Assembly (NCBI GenBank): GCA_013204395.1
Contig: JABMNZ010000003.1
Coordinates: 13,570-77,569 of the forward strand
DNA: 64,000 nt
Origin: Parcubacteria group bacterium
GTDB taxonomy: Bacteria > Patescibacteriota > Patescibacteriia > UBA9934 > GWF2-40-263
Reading direction: 5' to 3'
In this document: piece by piece, positions 47,650-57,627 of the stretch
Layout: each line of letters opens with the position of its first letter
Numbering within the stretch: the stretch's first letter is position 1
Notes under the pieces: generated by a model
Databases searched by the model: none
Seen by the model: the letters and a program-made list of their open reading frames with translations, nothing else
What the model was told of the DNA's origin: nothing
Translations under genes and position numbers: made by a program

Positions 47650-48555
47650 TTAAAATTTAATGGTTAGTAAATTTATTTCAGGAGGATTAAACAAACGGGC
47701 TCTAGGACCAGTCTCACTCACACCAGAGGTAATAAAGAGTTGTTGATCTTCGTAATTAAACAGACCTTTATCATAATTGTTTCCGAGTTTTGTCGGCAGC
47801 CTAGCTATCGATCCGATCCATGGGAGTCTTATTTGCCCCCCATGGGTATGAGCGGCAACAACAAGATCGGCAAGACTGACACCTGAGTACAAAACAGCGT
47901 CAGGATTATGTGTGAGTAGAATCACTGTTTGCTCCTCTGTCAGACCTTGCATGGTCTGCTGAGGCTGGCCAGCAAACCAGAGATCTGAGACACCGGCGAG
48001 GACCACTTCTTTGTCGTCCACAAAAAGATTGATGGATTCGTTCTCCAGTACCGTGACCCCTAATCGTTCCAAGGTATCAATCACATACTGCTGGCCATTA
48101 TCTGTATAGTCATGATTCCCCGTTACAGCAAACACCCCTTGTGGCGCACTGAGCTGACCAAGTGGCTCAAGCATGTCTGCTTCAACGGCCTTTGAAAAAA
48201 TAAAATCTCCTGGAATGAGAATAATATCTGCCTGCAATTCCATGATCTTTGTAACCACCTTCTGCACCCACACCTCACCCTTATAAGGTCCTACATGTAT
48301 ATCTGAAACGAGAGCAACCGTGAGAGTGGACTCAGACTGATCAACTAAATCGATCACCTGTGGTCTCACCACGAGTGTCCGTGGCTCAATAAAGCTTCCA
48401 TAAAAAATGGTGATCCAACCAATCATGACAATAGAGACAAAAGACAACATAACCGATCGTCCACGAAATCTATTCCAAGATGTACCGACATTTATCAAAA
48501 AGGCACCAACGAATATCAAGTATCCAAAAATTATGAGATCGAAGAGCCACCACAT
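47650..48555 (-). CDS. Metallophosphoesterase (YkuE-like)
   Basis: SDIH, GD, GNHD, HNPD, HTHGGQ. Confidence 0.92.
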   Translation of the reverse strand: MWWLFDLIIFGYLIFVGAFLINVGTSWNRFRGRSVMLSFVSIVMIGWITIFYGSFIEPRTLVVRPQVIDLVDQSESTLTVALVSDIHVGPYKGEVWVQKVVTKIMELQADIILIPGDFIFSKAVEADMLEPLGQLSAPQGVFAVTGNHDYTDNGQQYVIDTLERLGVTVLENESINLFVDDKEVVLAGVSDLWFAGQPQQTMQGLTEEQTVILLTHNPDAVLYSGVSLADLVVAAHTHGGQIRLPWIGSIARLPTKLGNNYDKGLFNYEDQQLFITSGVSETGPRARLFNPPEINLLTIKF

Positions 48556-48558
48556 ACG

Positions 48559-49563
48559 TTAAAGATTTCCAACGTGAACAGCCATGTCAACAAGTCGTTG
48601 AGTGTAACCCCACTCATTATCATACCAAGCAAGAACTTTCAGCATGTCCCCATCAACCACTCGAGTCATACCAAGATCGACAACGGCCCCATAAGGAGAA
48701 CCAATAAAATCAGAGGAAACCAAAGGCTCGTTTGTTACACCAACGATCCCTTTCCATCGAGGACTCTTAGCCGCATCCATAAAAATCTTATTGATCTCCT
48801 CGACGCTCGTATTCTTCTTCAAAACAAAAGTGAAGTCCGTAAGAGACACATCAATAGAAGGAACGCGTACGGAGATTCCATCAAACTTATCTTTCAAAGA
48901 AGGAATAACTTTTGTCGTCGCCTTGGCTGCCCCTGTGCTTGTGGGAATCATATTGACAAGCGCAGAGCGGCCGATCCGAAGATCGGTTTTCTTATGAGAA
49001 AGACCATCTACAATATTCTCGCTGGCCGTCACCGAGTGAATGGTCGTAAGCATAGCCTTTTTCACCCCAACTGAATCAACAAGAATCTGTGCGACTGGTG
49101 CGGCTGAGTTTGTTGTGCAAGAGGCATTGTTAACGACATCCTGAGTTTTTTTACACACTTTGTGGTTTACCCCCATCAAAAATGTCGGGGCATCATCCGA
49201 CGGAGATGAGATCACCACCTTCTTTGCACCCGCCTCTATATGCTTACGTGCATCCGCTTCTTTTCTAAAAAATCCAGTTGATTCAATAACCACATCAACC
49301 TTGTGTTCTGCCCATGGTAATTGAGCAGGATCTTTCTGTGCGTACACAGGAATCTTGTCAGAACCAATCTTAATGAATCCTTTTCCAGACTTCACGGTTT
49401 TTCCCCACATCCGAAACACTGAATCATATTTGAGCATGTAAGCAAGCGTTGCGGGGTCCGTGAGATCGTTAATAGCAACAATCTTTATCCCCTTACGCTC
49501 ATACATAGCACGCAAGGTTGTCCGACCAATGCGGCCAAACCCGTTAATAGCAACTCTAATCAT
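48559..49563 (-). CDS. gap: Glyceraldehyde-3-phosphate dehydrogenase
   Basis: INGFGRIGR, NASCTTN, STGAAKA, WYDNEWGY; start trimmed to 49563. Confidence 0.97.
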   Translation of the reverse strand: MIRVAINGFGRIGRTTLRAMYERKGIKIVAINDLTDPATLAYMLKYDSVFRMWGKTVKSGKGFIKIGSDKIPVYAQKDPAQLPWAEHKVDVVIESTGFFRKEADARKHIEAGAKKVVISSPSDDAPTFLMGVNHKVCKKTQDVVNNASCTTNSAAPVAQILVDSVGVKKAMLTTIHSVTASENIVDGLSHKKTDLRIGRSALVNMIPTSTGAAKATTKVIPSLKDKFDGISVRVPSIDVSLTDFTFVLKKNTSVEEINKIFMDAAKSPRWKGIVGVTNEPLVSSDFIGSPYGAVVDLGMTRVVDGDMLKVLAWYDNEWGYTQRLVDMAVHVGNL

Positions 49564-49701
49564 AAAAAGTGAGTGTAAAGAATATAAATCTTGAATCCAT
49601 TCTATCATTTATCACCGTTGACATCGAGGGTGATTACGTCTATATTGCCGGCGTCGTTACACACACGTGCGACATAAACAATGTGTCGAGGGGTACTGAA
49701 G

Positions 49702-50103
49702 ATGGATCCGGAACTGCTGATCGTGAAGCTCTGGCGTGAGTTCAAAGAAACCACGCTGGAGATGCTGAAGTTGCTGCTGCTGAAAGAACTCGTTGAGCGG
49801 GATGACGACTTCGTCGAAGTCACTGACCGCGCGAGTGCCATCCGTTGTGCCAAGGCCTACGACAGGGCCACAGCCAAGGTCGAAGCGATCCGCGCACGTC
49901 GTGGCTCCAAGACCCTGGTCATCCAGATCTTCGGCATCGCTGAGGAAATCGTCCACAGCGTTCTCTGCCACGAAGAGTTCTGCACCTGTCGTCCAGACGG
50001 CAAGCTGACATCCAGGAACAGCGAGGTGCGCGTCCGATTCGAACTCCCCTCACCTGGGCTCATCGCCGACTCCAGCTGCTTCAGCAGCTTCGTCATGGCC
50101 TAA
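49702..50103 (+). CDS. Orphan hypothetical protein
   Basis: Promoter TTGACA-17-TATATT (49618-49646), GAGGGG SD, terminator-like hairpin at about 50167-50206. Confidence 0.65.
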   Translation: MDPELLIVKLWREFKETTLEMLKLLLLKELVERDDDFVEVTDRASAIRCAKAYDRATAKVEAIRARRGSKTLVIQIFGIAEEIVHSVLCHEEFCTCRPDGKLTSRNSEVRVRFELPSPGLIADSSCFSSFVMA

Positions 50104-50229
50104 GAGCCACCACCACGCACGAATGCAGACTGTCTCCTTCGCTCCGCGAGCGCCGAACAGCTGCTCCCCCTCCCCCGTCGAAAGTGCGACTGGTGAGGGG
50201 GTTTTCTTTATAAACAACAGAACAGGGCC

Positions 50230-53200
50230 TTAGCCCTGTTCTTCTTTTTGTTCTACTTCAGCTTCTGTTTTTGATTCTGGTTTTGGTTCTGGCCAATTGA
50301 TTTTTCCATCCTTTTTTGTCCAGACAACTACACAACCATGCCCCCCGTGCTTATCCCATACTTTGTAACCATTGAAGTTTGTGTCAGGCGTGTTCTCTAA
50401 GCTACGTTTTGGGTTCTGAAAAAAGAGATTGCCATAGACTTCTGTAACCCCACTTCGATTTGAAGATGACTGAGTGACACCATCAAGTGGGACAAGAACC
50501 TCATCTATCCCTCGACGCTTGGCTGTTTCGATCGCCTTTTCAAGCGACTGAAGGGTAAAAGAAACGTTATCAACGGACTGGATCAAATTCTCACGCGGAT
50601 TATTTGCCCGTACAATTAGCGCTGAATCATCTGTTCCCTGAACCTTACTCTCAACAAACAATGCCGATCCAGCAAAACGTTCCTGAGGAGTTCCACGCCC
50701 AAGCACATACGTAAATGCTTTCACGCCAGGATAATCTCCCCTGGCAAGTTCAGTGTGTCTTGAGGACGTACAAGCATCCCCTGTGTCACCACTCATAATT
50801 CTTGGGAGCCCTTGTCCCGGCACCATAGCAACGCTTATCGTATCGGTTTTTGAAACAGATTTCGGCCCACTTAGCTTTTCCATTGCCATAAGTGTGGAAA
50901 CGAAAGCATTTTTCTCAGCCCCCTTACCGACCCCCCAAGCCTTCTGCAGTGCCACAATAAGCTCCTTTGAAAATGGCTCATGTCCTGTCTGATGATCCGC
51001 TTGTTCTGGATGCAAATAATGCTCCAGTAGATACTGTTGAATAAAGTTAGCAGCCTTATTTACATACACCCCAGGGTCAAGCGACCTATCTGCAAGTTCA
51101 GCACCATAATCATAGTCAACTATTTGACGTACATGACGAGCACTCAGTCTCTGCATTAATCGATTGAACACCTCCCCTTTTCCTCCTGTGGCCGCAAGGT
51201 TCTCCATGATCTCTATTGAATCAGGTGAAGCACCTTGATTTTCAATTACCTCGGATAAAGTATCCAGCCCTTTGTTCATTGCATCAAGAACCTTAACCTT
51301 TGCCTCTATTCCCTTTACTTGACCAGCGACAATATTATGCTTTTTCTCAAGACCCTTTCGTTGCTCGTCAGCATTTTGACCATCAAGTTCCGCCATCTGA
51401 GAAGCCACCTCTTCAACAACAGCATTGAGCGTCGCCATTTTATCCTCAAGAAAAGATTGCTGTTCTCTTGAGGCAGATCCTAATTCCAATAAAAGTTTAC
51501 CTGATGGTTCATCAACAAATCCCTGATCCCCCTCATCCCATTGAAAGCTCTCTGTCATTCCAGAAAAAGCCTCTTTAAACAACTGTTTCCCGATCAGCTT
51601 TTCTATATCTCTTTTTTCTTTATCCAGCTTGTCTTCAGACCCTGGTTCCGTACGCTTCCGAACAGCAACCTCAATCACTTCTTCTTGATACCCCCCTGCA
51701 AGCTTAGCAAGCTCTGGTTTTTCCAAACGAGTTTTCTCCCAAACGCCTATCACGTACCCCAACTGACCCGTTGCCACAAATTGCCCTCCCCCCGTCGCTG
51801 CCGCAAAAATCTCTTGACCAAGTTCTGTTTTGAGTTGCCCCGGAACCTCATCCTTCAGGAACCCTTCAATAGAAGCTCTACGGACTTCCCGTAGCTCATG
51901 AAGGAGTTGTGCTGGTGTAAGCTGATCTGCACGAGCAAATTGATAAGCCTCTTTCACAAAATCTTGATCGTCTTCCCCAAGATCAGCAAAATCAACCTTC
52001 CCTCGAGGAGCAAATTGTTCCTCACCCACTTTCACCCCATCTGTTTCTCTCGGAGCAATAAGATCCATGGCTTTTTCTGGCACACCTTTTAGACCCCCAG
52101 TCCAAACGTTTCCAGATTTTGTCGCACGAGAAAATGCGCGTTTTAAAAGTTTATGCGATGGAAGCTGCTGATCAACACCCATAGCTTCAACAAGAATTTT
52201 CTGATGTTCGGTGGACAAATCTGCCAATCCACCACCTCGAGATAATCCAATAAAGATCTCGGCGAGATTTTGAGCATTGATCATTCCATATTCAGCAACA
52301 AACTTTGCAAGCAATTCACCATCCTCAGCAGATTCATAAGACAATAAACCTTCATTTTTCAATGTTTTAACTAACGGTTCTAGATCCGTTTTCCAGGGAT
52401 CATGTGCCTCATTGGCCGTGTGACCCTGCATCACTTCAAGTTTTTTCAATGCCCCACCCCATGGTATGTGCTCAGCCAATCGACCATCGGCACCCGCATA
52501 ACTTTCAAGTTCTAGTAACGTCGGGTTGTCTCTCGTCAATAATTTCCCAATAGACACCCAGTCAGGATCAACTTCTGTATATTCCCGAATTCTATCAATG
52601 TTACTCTTCTGTCGGTCGGACGGTTTTTTAAATGTTGAAGCGTATCCAAGTTGAACGGATTCATCACTAAAGTTTTTCTCAAACCCACCAACCGAGTCAG
52701 CAAAAACAATAACCTTGATCGGATTTACCTCTATCATCGTTTTCATCATCAACGAACTGACCGACTCAGCCAACTCAAGAGATCCTTCTTTACCGTTGTT
52801 TGCAAGAAAGGCAGAAAAGAACTTCTCAGGATTCAACAAGAGGAGCTTTTTCTGAAACTCATCCTTATCGACACTCTCTGACTCATAGAATTTAAAATCT
52901 GCTCTGAAGAACAAATCGAATGGTAATGAATCTTTACCAATCTTCTCCAAAACTTTTGACTGCTCAGCTTCCGTTAATTTCAAACCAGTCTCTGTGGCGA
53001 AAATAGCTGCATAGTGATCTTGCGAAATTACTTCAGCAACTAATTTTTCACGCTCATCAGGCTCAAGTTCTTCTGCCAAATCACCAAACCCAGGAAAGTT
53101 TCTATAAAAACTAATGTCTTCTGAGCGCCCTGGGGCATAGGTAAGAAGAGGTTTTCGATCCTTTTTCTGAACCATGAACAACGCTTGCCTAATCTGGTTG

Positions 53201-54618
53201 TACTCCTGTGAAGAGCGAAACTCATCATTGCTCGGGAGCTTTCCTAACTCAACCTGTTTCAATAAACCTGTTCGCAGCTCAGTCCGTGAAAGCATGGTCT
53301 TCACAAAATGCAATAGTTCCTCAGGGGTCTTCTCTACAACCCCATTATCATTCACCCATCTTAATTCCGGAACATCTACTAAAAGCAGTTCTCGAAAAGT
53401 TGTTTCCATGTTCGCAAACTCCTCTTGATTATATAAACCAGTTGGAACCTCGGGATGCAGCTGGCTATAGTAATCTGCTGCTCGCGATCCCGCTTCGCGA
53501 AAAAGGCTATGAGATAATCGAGAACAGACTTTTGAAAAACCTGGGATGTCATCTGGAAGAGATTTGATGTAATCTTTTGCCTTTTTATAATCAAGGACCT
53601 CTATCTTTTTCTCATCATAATCGCTTAGAGTCTCAGCTGCGTATTCTTCGAACAATGCCAATACTTTTTCCTCAAGCTCTTTCATTAACAACCCCTTTTC
53701 TTGTTTTCCTTTATGTTGCTCCTCAACATCCATGGACTTACTTGACTCAAACGCTGCCACAACATCTCCATCACGAACCAATTTTCTTGCACGTCCCACC
53801 TCAACACGGTTTGCAAACTGATCTCTAAAGTGCTTTCGGTAATTCACTTTTTCATAGTTCGACGCTAGAAATCTTTCATGTAATTGCAAGGCGGTTTCAG
53901 GATCAACGTTCAAAAACGCCTCTGAAGCACGTTCAAGAAAACTTTGTTTATCTCGGATCAAGTGATCATCCTCATGATCGCCGACCATTTCATCGATACG
54001 TGTCATGATATCCAAGGCCTTCACCGGATCTTTTTCCAAAAGCAAAAACCTTCTTGAATATGCATCTCGTGCAACAGCTACACCCTCACCCAACTCAGCA
54101 ACACTCTCTTCTGACACAACTCGCCTTCTGAGAAAATCTATCCCCTTCTCAGAATCATCAAGAAGCATTCTCGGAGCAATGTCCCTAGCCATCCACTGTA
54201 AAGCGGATGCCATATTCTCCTCTGGAGTATGTTGGTCCGTCCACCCACTCACATCCGTTTGCTCCTCATAGAATCTAAACGCCTCCTCTTCATCTTCAAC
54301 AGCAAGTTGTCCGATGGCTTCACACTTCACATTATGACGTAACCAGATTGGAAACTTTTCAAGATCTGAAAATGCTTCCCGAGGAAACTCTCGAATAAAG
54401 GTCCTCACTCCAGCTATGGCATTTTTTACATCCGATGAATCATACAAATCCGGATCCAAAGAATCATCATCTGGATAGTGTTCTGGGTCTCTATTTTTAA
54501 TGACATCTAAAGCAGAGAAGATTGCTCTGGATCTCAACTCAAACTTCTGAGCACGCTCAGCAGCCTTTTCTCTAGGTGATAATTCTTCGACTTGTGAACC
54601 TTCTCGACGCTCAACCAT
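50230..54618 (-). CDS. Very large acidic orphan protein (1462 aa)
   Basis: Uninterrupted 4.4 kb ORF; helical/coiled-coil composition; no recognised domain. Confidence 0.85.
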   Translation of the reverse strand: MVERREGSQVEELSPREKAAERAQKFELRSRAIFSALDVIKNRDPEHYPDDDSLDPDLYDSSDVKNAIAGVRTFIREFPREAFSDLEKFPIWLRHNVKCEAIGQLAVEDEEEAFRFYEEQTDVSGWTDQHTPEENMASALQWMARDIAPRMLLDDSEKGIDFLRRRVVSEESVAELGEGVAVARDAYSRRFLLLEKDPVKALDIMTRIDEMVGDHEDDHLIRDKQSFLERASEAFLNVDPETALQLHERFLASNYEKVNYRKHFRDQFANRVEVGRARKLVRDGDVVAAFESSKSMDVEEQHKGKQEKGLLMKELEEKVLALFEEYAAETLSDYDEKKIEVLDYKKAKDYIKSLPDDIPGFSKVCSRLSHSLFREAGSRAADYYSQLHPEVPTGLYNQEEFANMETTFRELLLVDVPELRWVNDNGVVEKTPEELLHFVKTMLSRTELRTGLLKQVELGKLPSNDEFRSSQEYNQIRQALFMVQKKDRKPLLTYAPGRSEDISFYRNFPGFGDLAEELEPDEREKLVAEVISQDHYAAIFATETGLKLTEAEQSKVLEKIGKDSLPFDLFFRADFKFYESESVDKDEFQKKLLLLNPEKFFSAFLANNGKEGSLELAESVSSLMMKTMIEVNPIKVIVFADSVGGFEKNFSDESVQLGYASTFKKPSDRQKSNIDRIREYTEVDPDWVSIGKLLTRDNPTLLELESYAGADGRLAEHIPWGGALKKLEVMQGHTANEAHDPWKTDLEPLVKTLKNEGLLSYESAEDGELLAKFVAEYGMINAQNLAEIFIGLSRGGGLADLSTEHQKILVEAMGVDQQLPSHKLLKRAFSRATKSGNVWTGGLKGVPEKAMDLIAPRETDGVKVGEEQFAPRGKVDFADLGEDDQDFVKEAYQFARADQLTPAQLLHELREVRRASIEGFLKDEVPGQLKTELGQEIFAAATGGGQFVATGQLGYVIGVWEKTRLEKPELAKLAGGYQEEVIEVAVRKRTEPGSEDKLDKEKRDIEKLIGKQLFKEAFSGMTESFQWDEGDQGFVDEPSGKLLLELGSASREQQSFLEDKMATLNAVVEEVASQMAELDGQNADEQRKGLEKKHNIVAGQVKGIEAKVKVLDAMNKGLDTLSEVIENQGASPDSIEIMENLAATGGKGEVFNRLMQRLSARHVRQIVDYDYGAELADRSLDPGVYVNKAANFIQQYLLEHYLHPEQADHQTGHEPFSKELIVALQKAWGVGKGAEKNAFVSTLMAMEKLSGPKSVSKTDTISVAMVPGQGLPRIMSGDTGDACTSSRHTELARGDYPGVKAFTYVLGRGTPQERFAGSALFVESKVQGTDDSALIVRANNPRENLIQSVDNVSFTLQSLEKAIETAKRRGIDEVLVPLDGVTQSSSNRSGVTEVYGNLFFQNPKRSLENTPDTNFNGYKVWDKHGGHGCVVVWTKKDGKINWPEPKPESKTEAEVEQKEEQG

Positions 54619-54640
54619 ACGCGTCCAAGTATACCAAACA

Positions 54641-54668
54641 AAACAACCCCGCCGTAACGGGGTTGTTT
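54641..54668 (-). terminator. Intrinsic terminator after tsf
   Basis: AAACAACCCC-GCCGTAAC-GGGGTTGTTT. Confidence 0.75.
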
Positions 54669-54677
54669 ATACTTTTT

Positions 54678-55265
54678 CTAGATGACGAAACGTGCGAAGC
54701 GCTTGAGCTGCATATTCTCCCCAAGGGAAGCAATTTTACTCTTCACAAACTCATCAATGGTGATGTCCTCGTCTTTGATATAAGCCTGCTCCATCAAAAC
54801 GATCTCAGAAAACCACTTGTTTAGTTTGCCTTCAGAAATCTTCTCAATCACCTCTGCTGGCTTTGCTTGTGCTTCCATTTCTCTTTTAAACATCTCTTTC
54901 TCTTTCTCGATCAAATCTACAGGGACATCAGCCCGAGTGAGGTAGACAGGATCAGCTGCCCCAACGTGCATGGCCAAGTCGTTACAAAACTCGATGAAGA
55001 CTTCGTTGCGGGCAACAAAGTCCGTCTCACACAACACCTCCACCATGGCACCCAACTTTCCATTTGAATGAATGTACGCATGGACACGACCTTCATTGGT
55101 CTCACGATCTGATTTCTTTGCGGCCTTAGCAAGCCCTTTCTCACGCAATAGTTCACCAGCTTTTACCAGGTCACCTTCTGCTTCCTCCAGAGCTTTCTTT
55201 GCGGCCATCATGCCGGCCCCGGTCTGTGAACGAAGCTCGGCAACTTGTGATGCAGTAATGCTCAT
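54678..55265 (-). CDS. tsf: Elongation factor Ts (short form)
   Basis: LRSQTGAGMM, CETDFVAR, RFARF. Confidence 0.96.
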   Translation of the reverse strand: MSITASQVAELRSQTGAGMMAAKKALEEAEGDLVKAGELLREKGLAKAAKKSDRETNEGRVHAYIHSNGKLGAMVEVLCETDFVARNEVFIEFCNDLAMHVGAADPVYLTRADVPVDLIEKEKEMFKREMEAQAKPAEVIEKISEGKLNKWFSEIVLMEQAYIKDEDITIDEFVKSKIASLGENMQLKRFARFVI

Positions 55266-55280
55266 AAAGAACGATTCAAT

Positions 55281-56027
55281 TTATTTTGATTCTTTTGTTT
55301 TTTGTACAACCTTTGCCCGAATGTTTGCCGCGTCCTTAATGGCATTGGCTCTTCCTTCCTTAATAGCGTCGCTCATCAATCTACAAACCAATTCAATGGA
55401 CTTCACAGCGTCGTCGTTTCCGGGAATGACACGACTCACACCAACAGGATTCACATTTGTGTCGCACAAGGCTATTACTGGAATACCTGTTACCACAGCC
55501 TCTTTAAGAGCCGTCTTTTCTGTTCGCACATCTATCAAGAACACAGCATCTGGAACCTTGGTAACGTTTTCTACACCACCAAGCTTGTGTTCCATGTCTT
55601 CTATCTCACGACTCAACATGAGCTGCTCTTTCTTTGTGTACTTCTTAAGCTCCCCCTTATCACGCTGATCCTTGAGCATCTTCATGCGCTTAAGGGTCTT
55701 CTTAATCTGATCGAAGTTTGTCAGTGTTCCACCGAGCCAACGGTGAATCACGTAAGGCATTCCACAAGCGTCTGCATACTTTTGCACGATTGCTTGTGCT
55801 TGTGGCTTGGTGCCGATAAACAAAATAACACCACCACGAGCGGTAATGCCTTTAGCTGTCTCAAGAGCCACTTCCAACAACTTAGAAGTTTCCTCAAGGT
55901 TAATGATGTGAACGCCATGACGAGCACCAAAGATGTATTCTTTCATCTTAGGATGCCATCGGGACGTCTTGTGACCGAAGTGCATGCCCGCTTTGAGCAT
56001 GTCGGTCAAGGACGGAAGATTTGGCAT
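55281..56027 (-). CDS. rpsB: 30S ribosomal protein S2
   Basis: AGMHFGH, WHPKM, RWLGGTLTN, PGNDD. Confidence 0.97.
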   Translation of the reverse strand: MPNLPSLTDMLKAGMHFGHKTSRWHPKMKEYIFGARHGVHIINLEETSKLLEVALETAKGITARGGVILFIGTKPQAQAIVQKYADACGMPYVIHRWLGGTLTNFDQIKKTLKRMKMLKDQRDKGELKKYTKKEQLMLSREIEDMEHKLGGVENVTKVPDAVFLIDVRTEKTALKEAVVTGIPVIALCDTNVNPVGVSRVIPGNDDAVKSIELVCRLMSDAIKEGRANAIKDAANIRAKVVQKTKESK

Positions 56028-56151
56028 AAGTTCCTTTTTACGTCGATGGTAGCGCCGGGCCCGTTATACGGGAGGATCCGGTCGACTAATTGATCCATCT
56101 GATGGATTAATTACGTGCGGGAGTATAGAAAAAATAGGCTTTTTCGTCAAC

Positions 56152-57174
56152 CTACTTAATAAACATCGCATCTCCAAAGGAGAAAAAGCGATACTTCTGC
56201 TCGACAGCCTGACGATACGCACTCAAGACATACTCTCGTCCAGCAAAGCTACTCACTAAAACAAGAAGTGTTGATTTTGGTAGATGAAAGTTTGTGATAA
56301 GTGCATCGATAATCTTGAAATCGAAACCTGGAGTGATAAATAAGTTCACATCGCCAGAGAACCCAGCTTCTGGAATCGATCCCCCATGTGCCGCTGCAAC
56401 ACCCTCGAGGGTACGCACTGTTGTTGTCCCAACAGCAATCACTCTATGTCCGTCTTTTTTCGCAACATTAATCCGCTGAGCAACCCCAGGTGCAATCGTC
56501 ACGTACTCGGCGTGCATCTTGTGTTCTTCTAATGTGTCAGTCTTTACAGGCCTGAACGTTCCTATTCCCACATGAAGGGTCACGTACTCTATCTCCACCC
56601 CATTAGCACGAATCTTTTTAAGCAACTCTTCAGTAAAATGGAAACCTGCTGTGGGCGCAGCAACGGAACCTGTCTCTTGGGCATAGACCGTCTGATACTG
56701 ATCGAGACTTTCCGGCACCTGATCAACATACGGTGGAATAGGAATCTCTCCGTGCTGGTTAGCAAAGTCAATAATTTCTTGATCAGACTTATCGAATCTT
56801 ACAGAAGCAACATCTGACTTACCTACCACCACCCCCTTAAGGACCTCAATCTCAATCGTGTCGCCAACATTCACATGACGCCCGGGTCGAATCAACACAT
56901 CCCAGAGACCGTCGCGTGGCCGCAAAAGAAACACTTCTATCTCCTTACTCCTAACAAGTCCTCGCAGGCGAGCTCTAAAGACTTTTGTGTTGTTCATCAC
57001 AAGCAGGTCTCCTTCTTTAATCTCATCGATTATCTGATCGAAACGTTTTTCCCCCAAAGATCCAGTCTCTCTGTCTAAAATCATTAGACGTGAATGGTCA
57101 CGTGGATGGGCCGAATACTGAGCTATTAGCTCCTGTGGCAGATTGTAGTCGAATAAATCAATTGAGTTGCTCAT
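56152..57174 (-). CDS. queA: S-adenosylmethionine:tRNA ribosyltransferase-isomerase
   Basis: FDYNLP, PIPPY, YQTVYA, GSVAAPTAG, TNFHLPKSTL, FFSFGDAM; start trimmed to 57174. Confidence 0.96.
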   Translation of the reverse strand: MSNSIDLFDYNLPQELIAQYSAHPRDHSRLMILDRETGSLGEKRFDQIIDEIKEGDLLVMNNTKVFRARLRGLVRSKEIEVFLLRPRDGLWDVLIRPGRHVNVGDTIEIEVLKGVVVGKSDVASVRFDKSDQEIIDFANQHGEIPIPPYVDQVPESLDQYQTVYAQETGSVAAPTAGFHFTEELLKKIRANGVEIEYVTLHVGIGTFRPVKTDTLEEHKMHAEYVTIAPGVAQRINVAKKDGHRVIAVGTTTVRTLEGVAAAHGGSIPEAGFSGDVNLFITPGFDFKIIDALITNFHLPKSTLLVLVSSFAGREYVLSAYRQAVEQKYRFFSFGDAMFIK

Positions 57175-57294
57175 ATCTTTCCCATTCTGCCTGAGGCTTA
57201 AGTAATTGACAAAACACGGCCTCATTGCTATTCTCCCCGCGAATTAATTGTACGTATCGGAAGTCCCTTTAGGCGACCAGAGCGTGCTAAATCT

Positions 57295-57588
57295 ATGAAA
57301 AAAGCCATTCACCCAGACTATTACACAACATCCAAAATATCTTGCGCCTGCGGCAATAAGCTTGAAATCGGATCAACTCTAGAAGCGATCTCCATTGAGC
57401 TATGCTCTAAGTGTCATCCTTTCTATACAGGAAAGCAGAAGATCATCGATACCGCACGTCGTGTTGAGAAATTCGAAGCCCGAACTTCTAAGAAGGCTTC
57501 TGAAATCACAGGGAAGAAAGCCAAGAGTGCAAAACGTTCTGCACAAAAAGTTGCAAAACGCGAAGAGGCAGAGAAAGCCGACGCATAA
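57295..57588 (+). CDS. rpmE: 50S ribosomal protein L31
   Basis: [25 protein letters not shown]. Confidence 0.96.
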   Translation: MKKAIHPDYYTTSKISCACGNKLEIGSTLEAISIELCSKCHPFYTGKQKIIDTARRVEKFEARTSKKASEITGKKAKSAKRSAQKVAKREEAEKADA

Positions 57589-57627
57589 CTGGTATAATGA
57601 AAAGCGTTCTCACGAACGCTTTTTTGT

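Noticed and set aside
54678-55265. Truncated tsf pseudogene
   Set aside because: Short ~195-aa EF-Ts is a normal form in several phyla; motifs and terminus are intact
19873-56093. Long antisense ORFs (19873-20505, 21074-21736, 27219-27992, 55072-55668, 55302-56093)
   Set aside because: They overlap better-supported genes on the opposite strand and lack motifs
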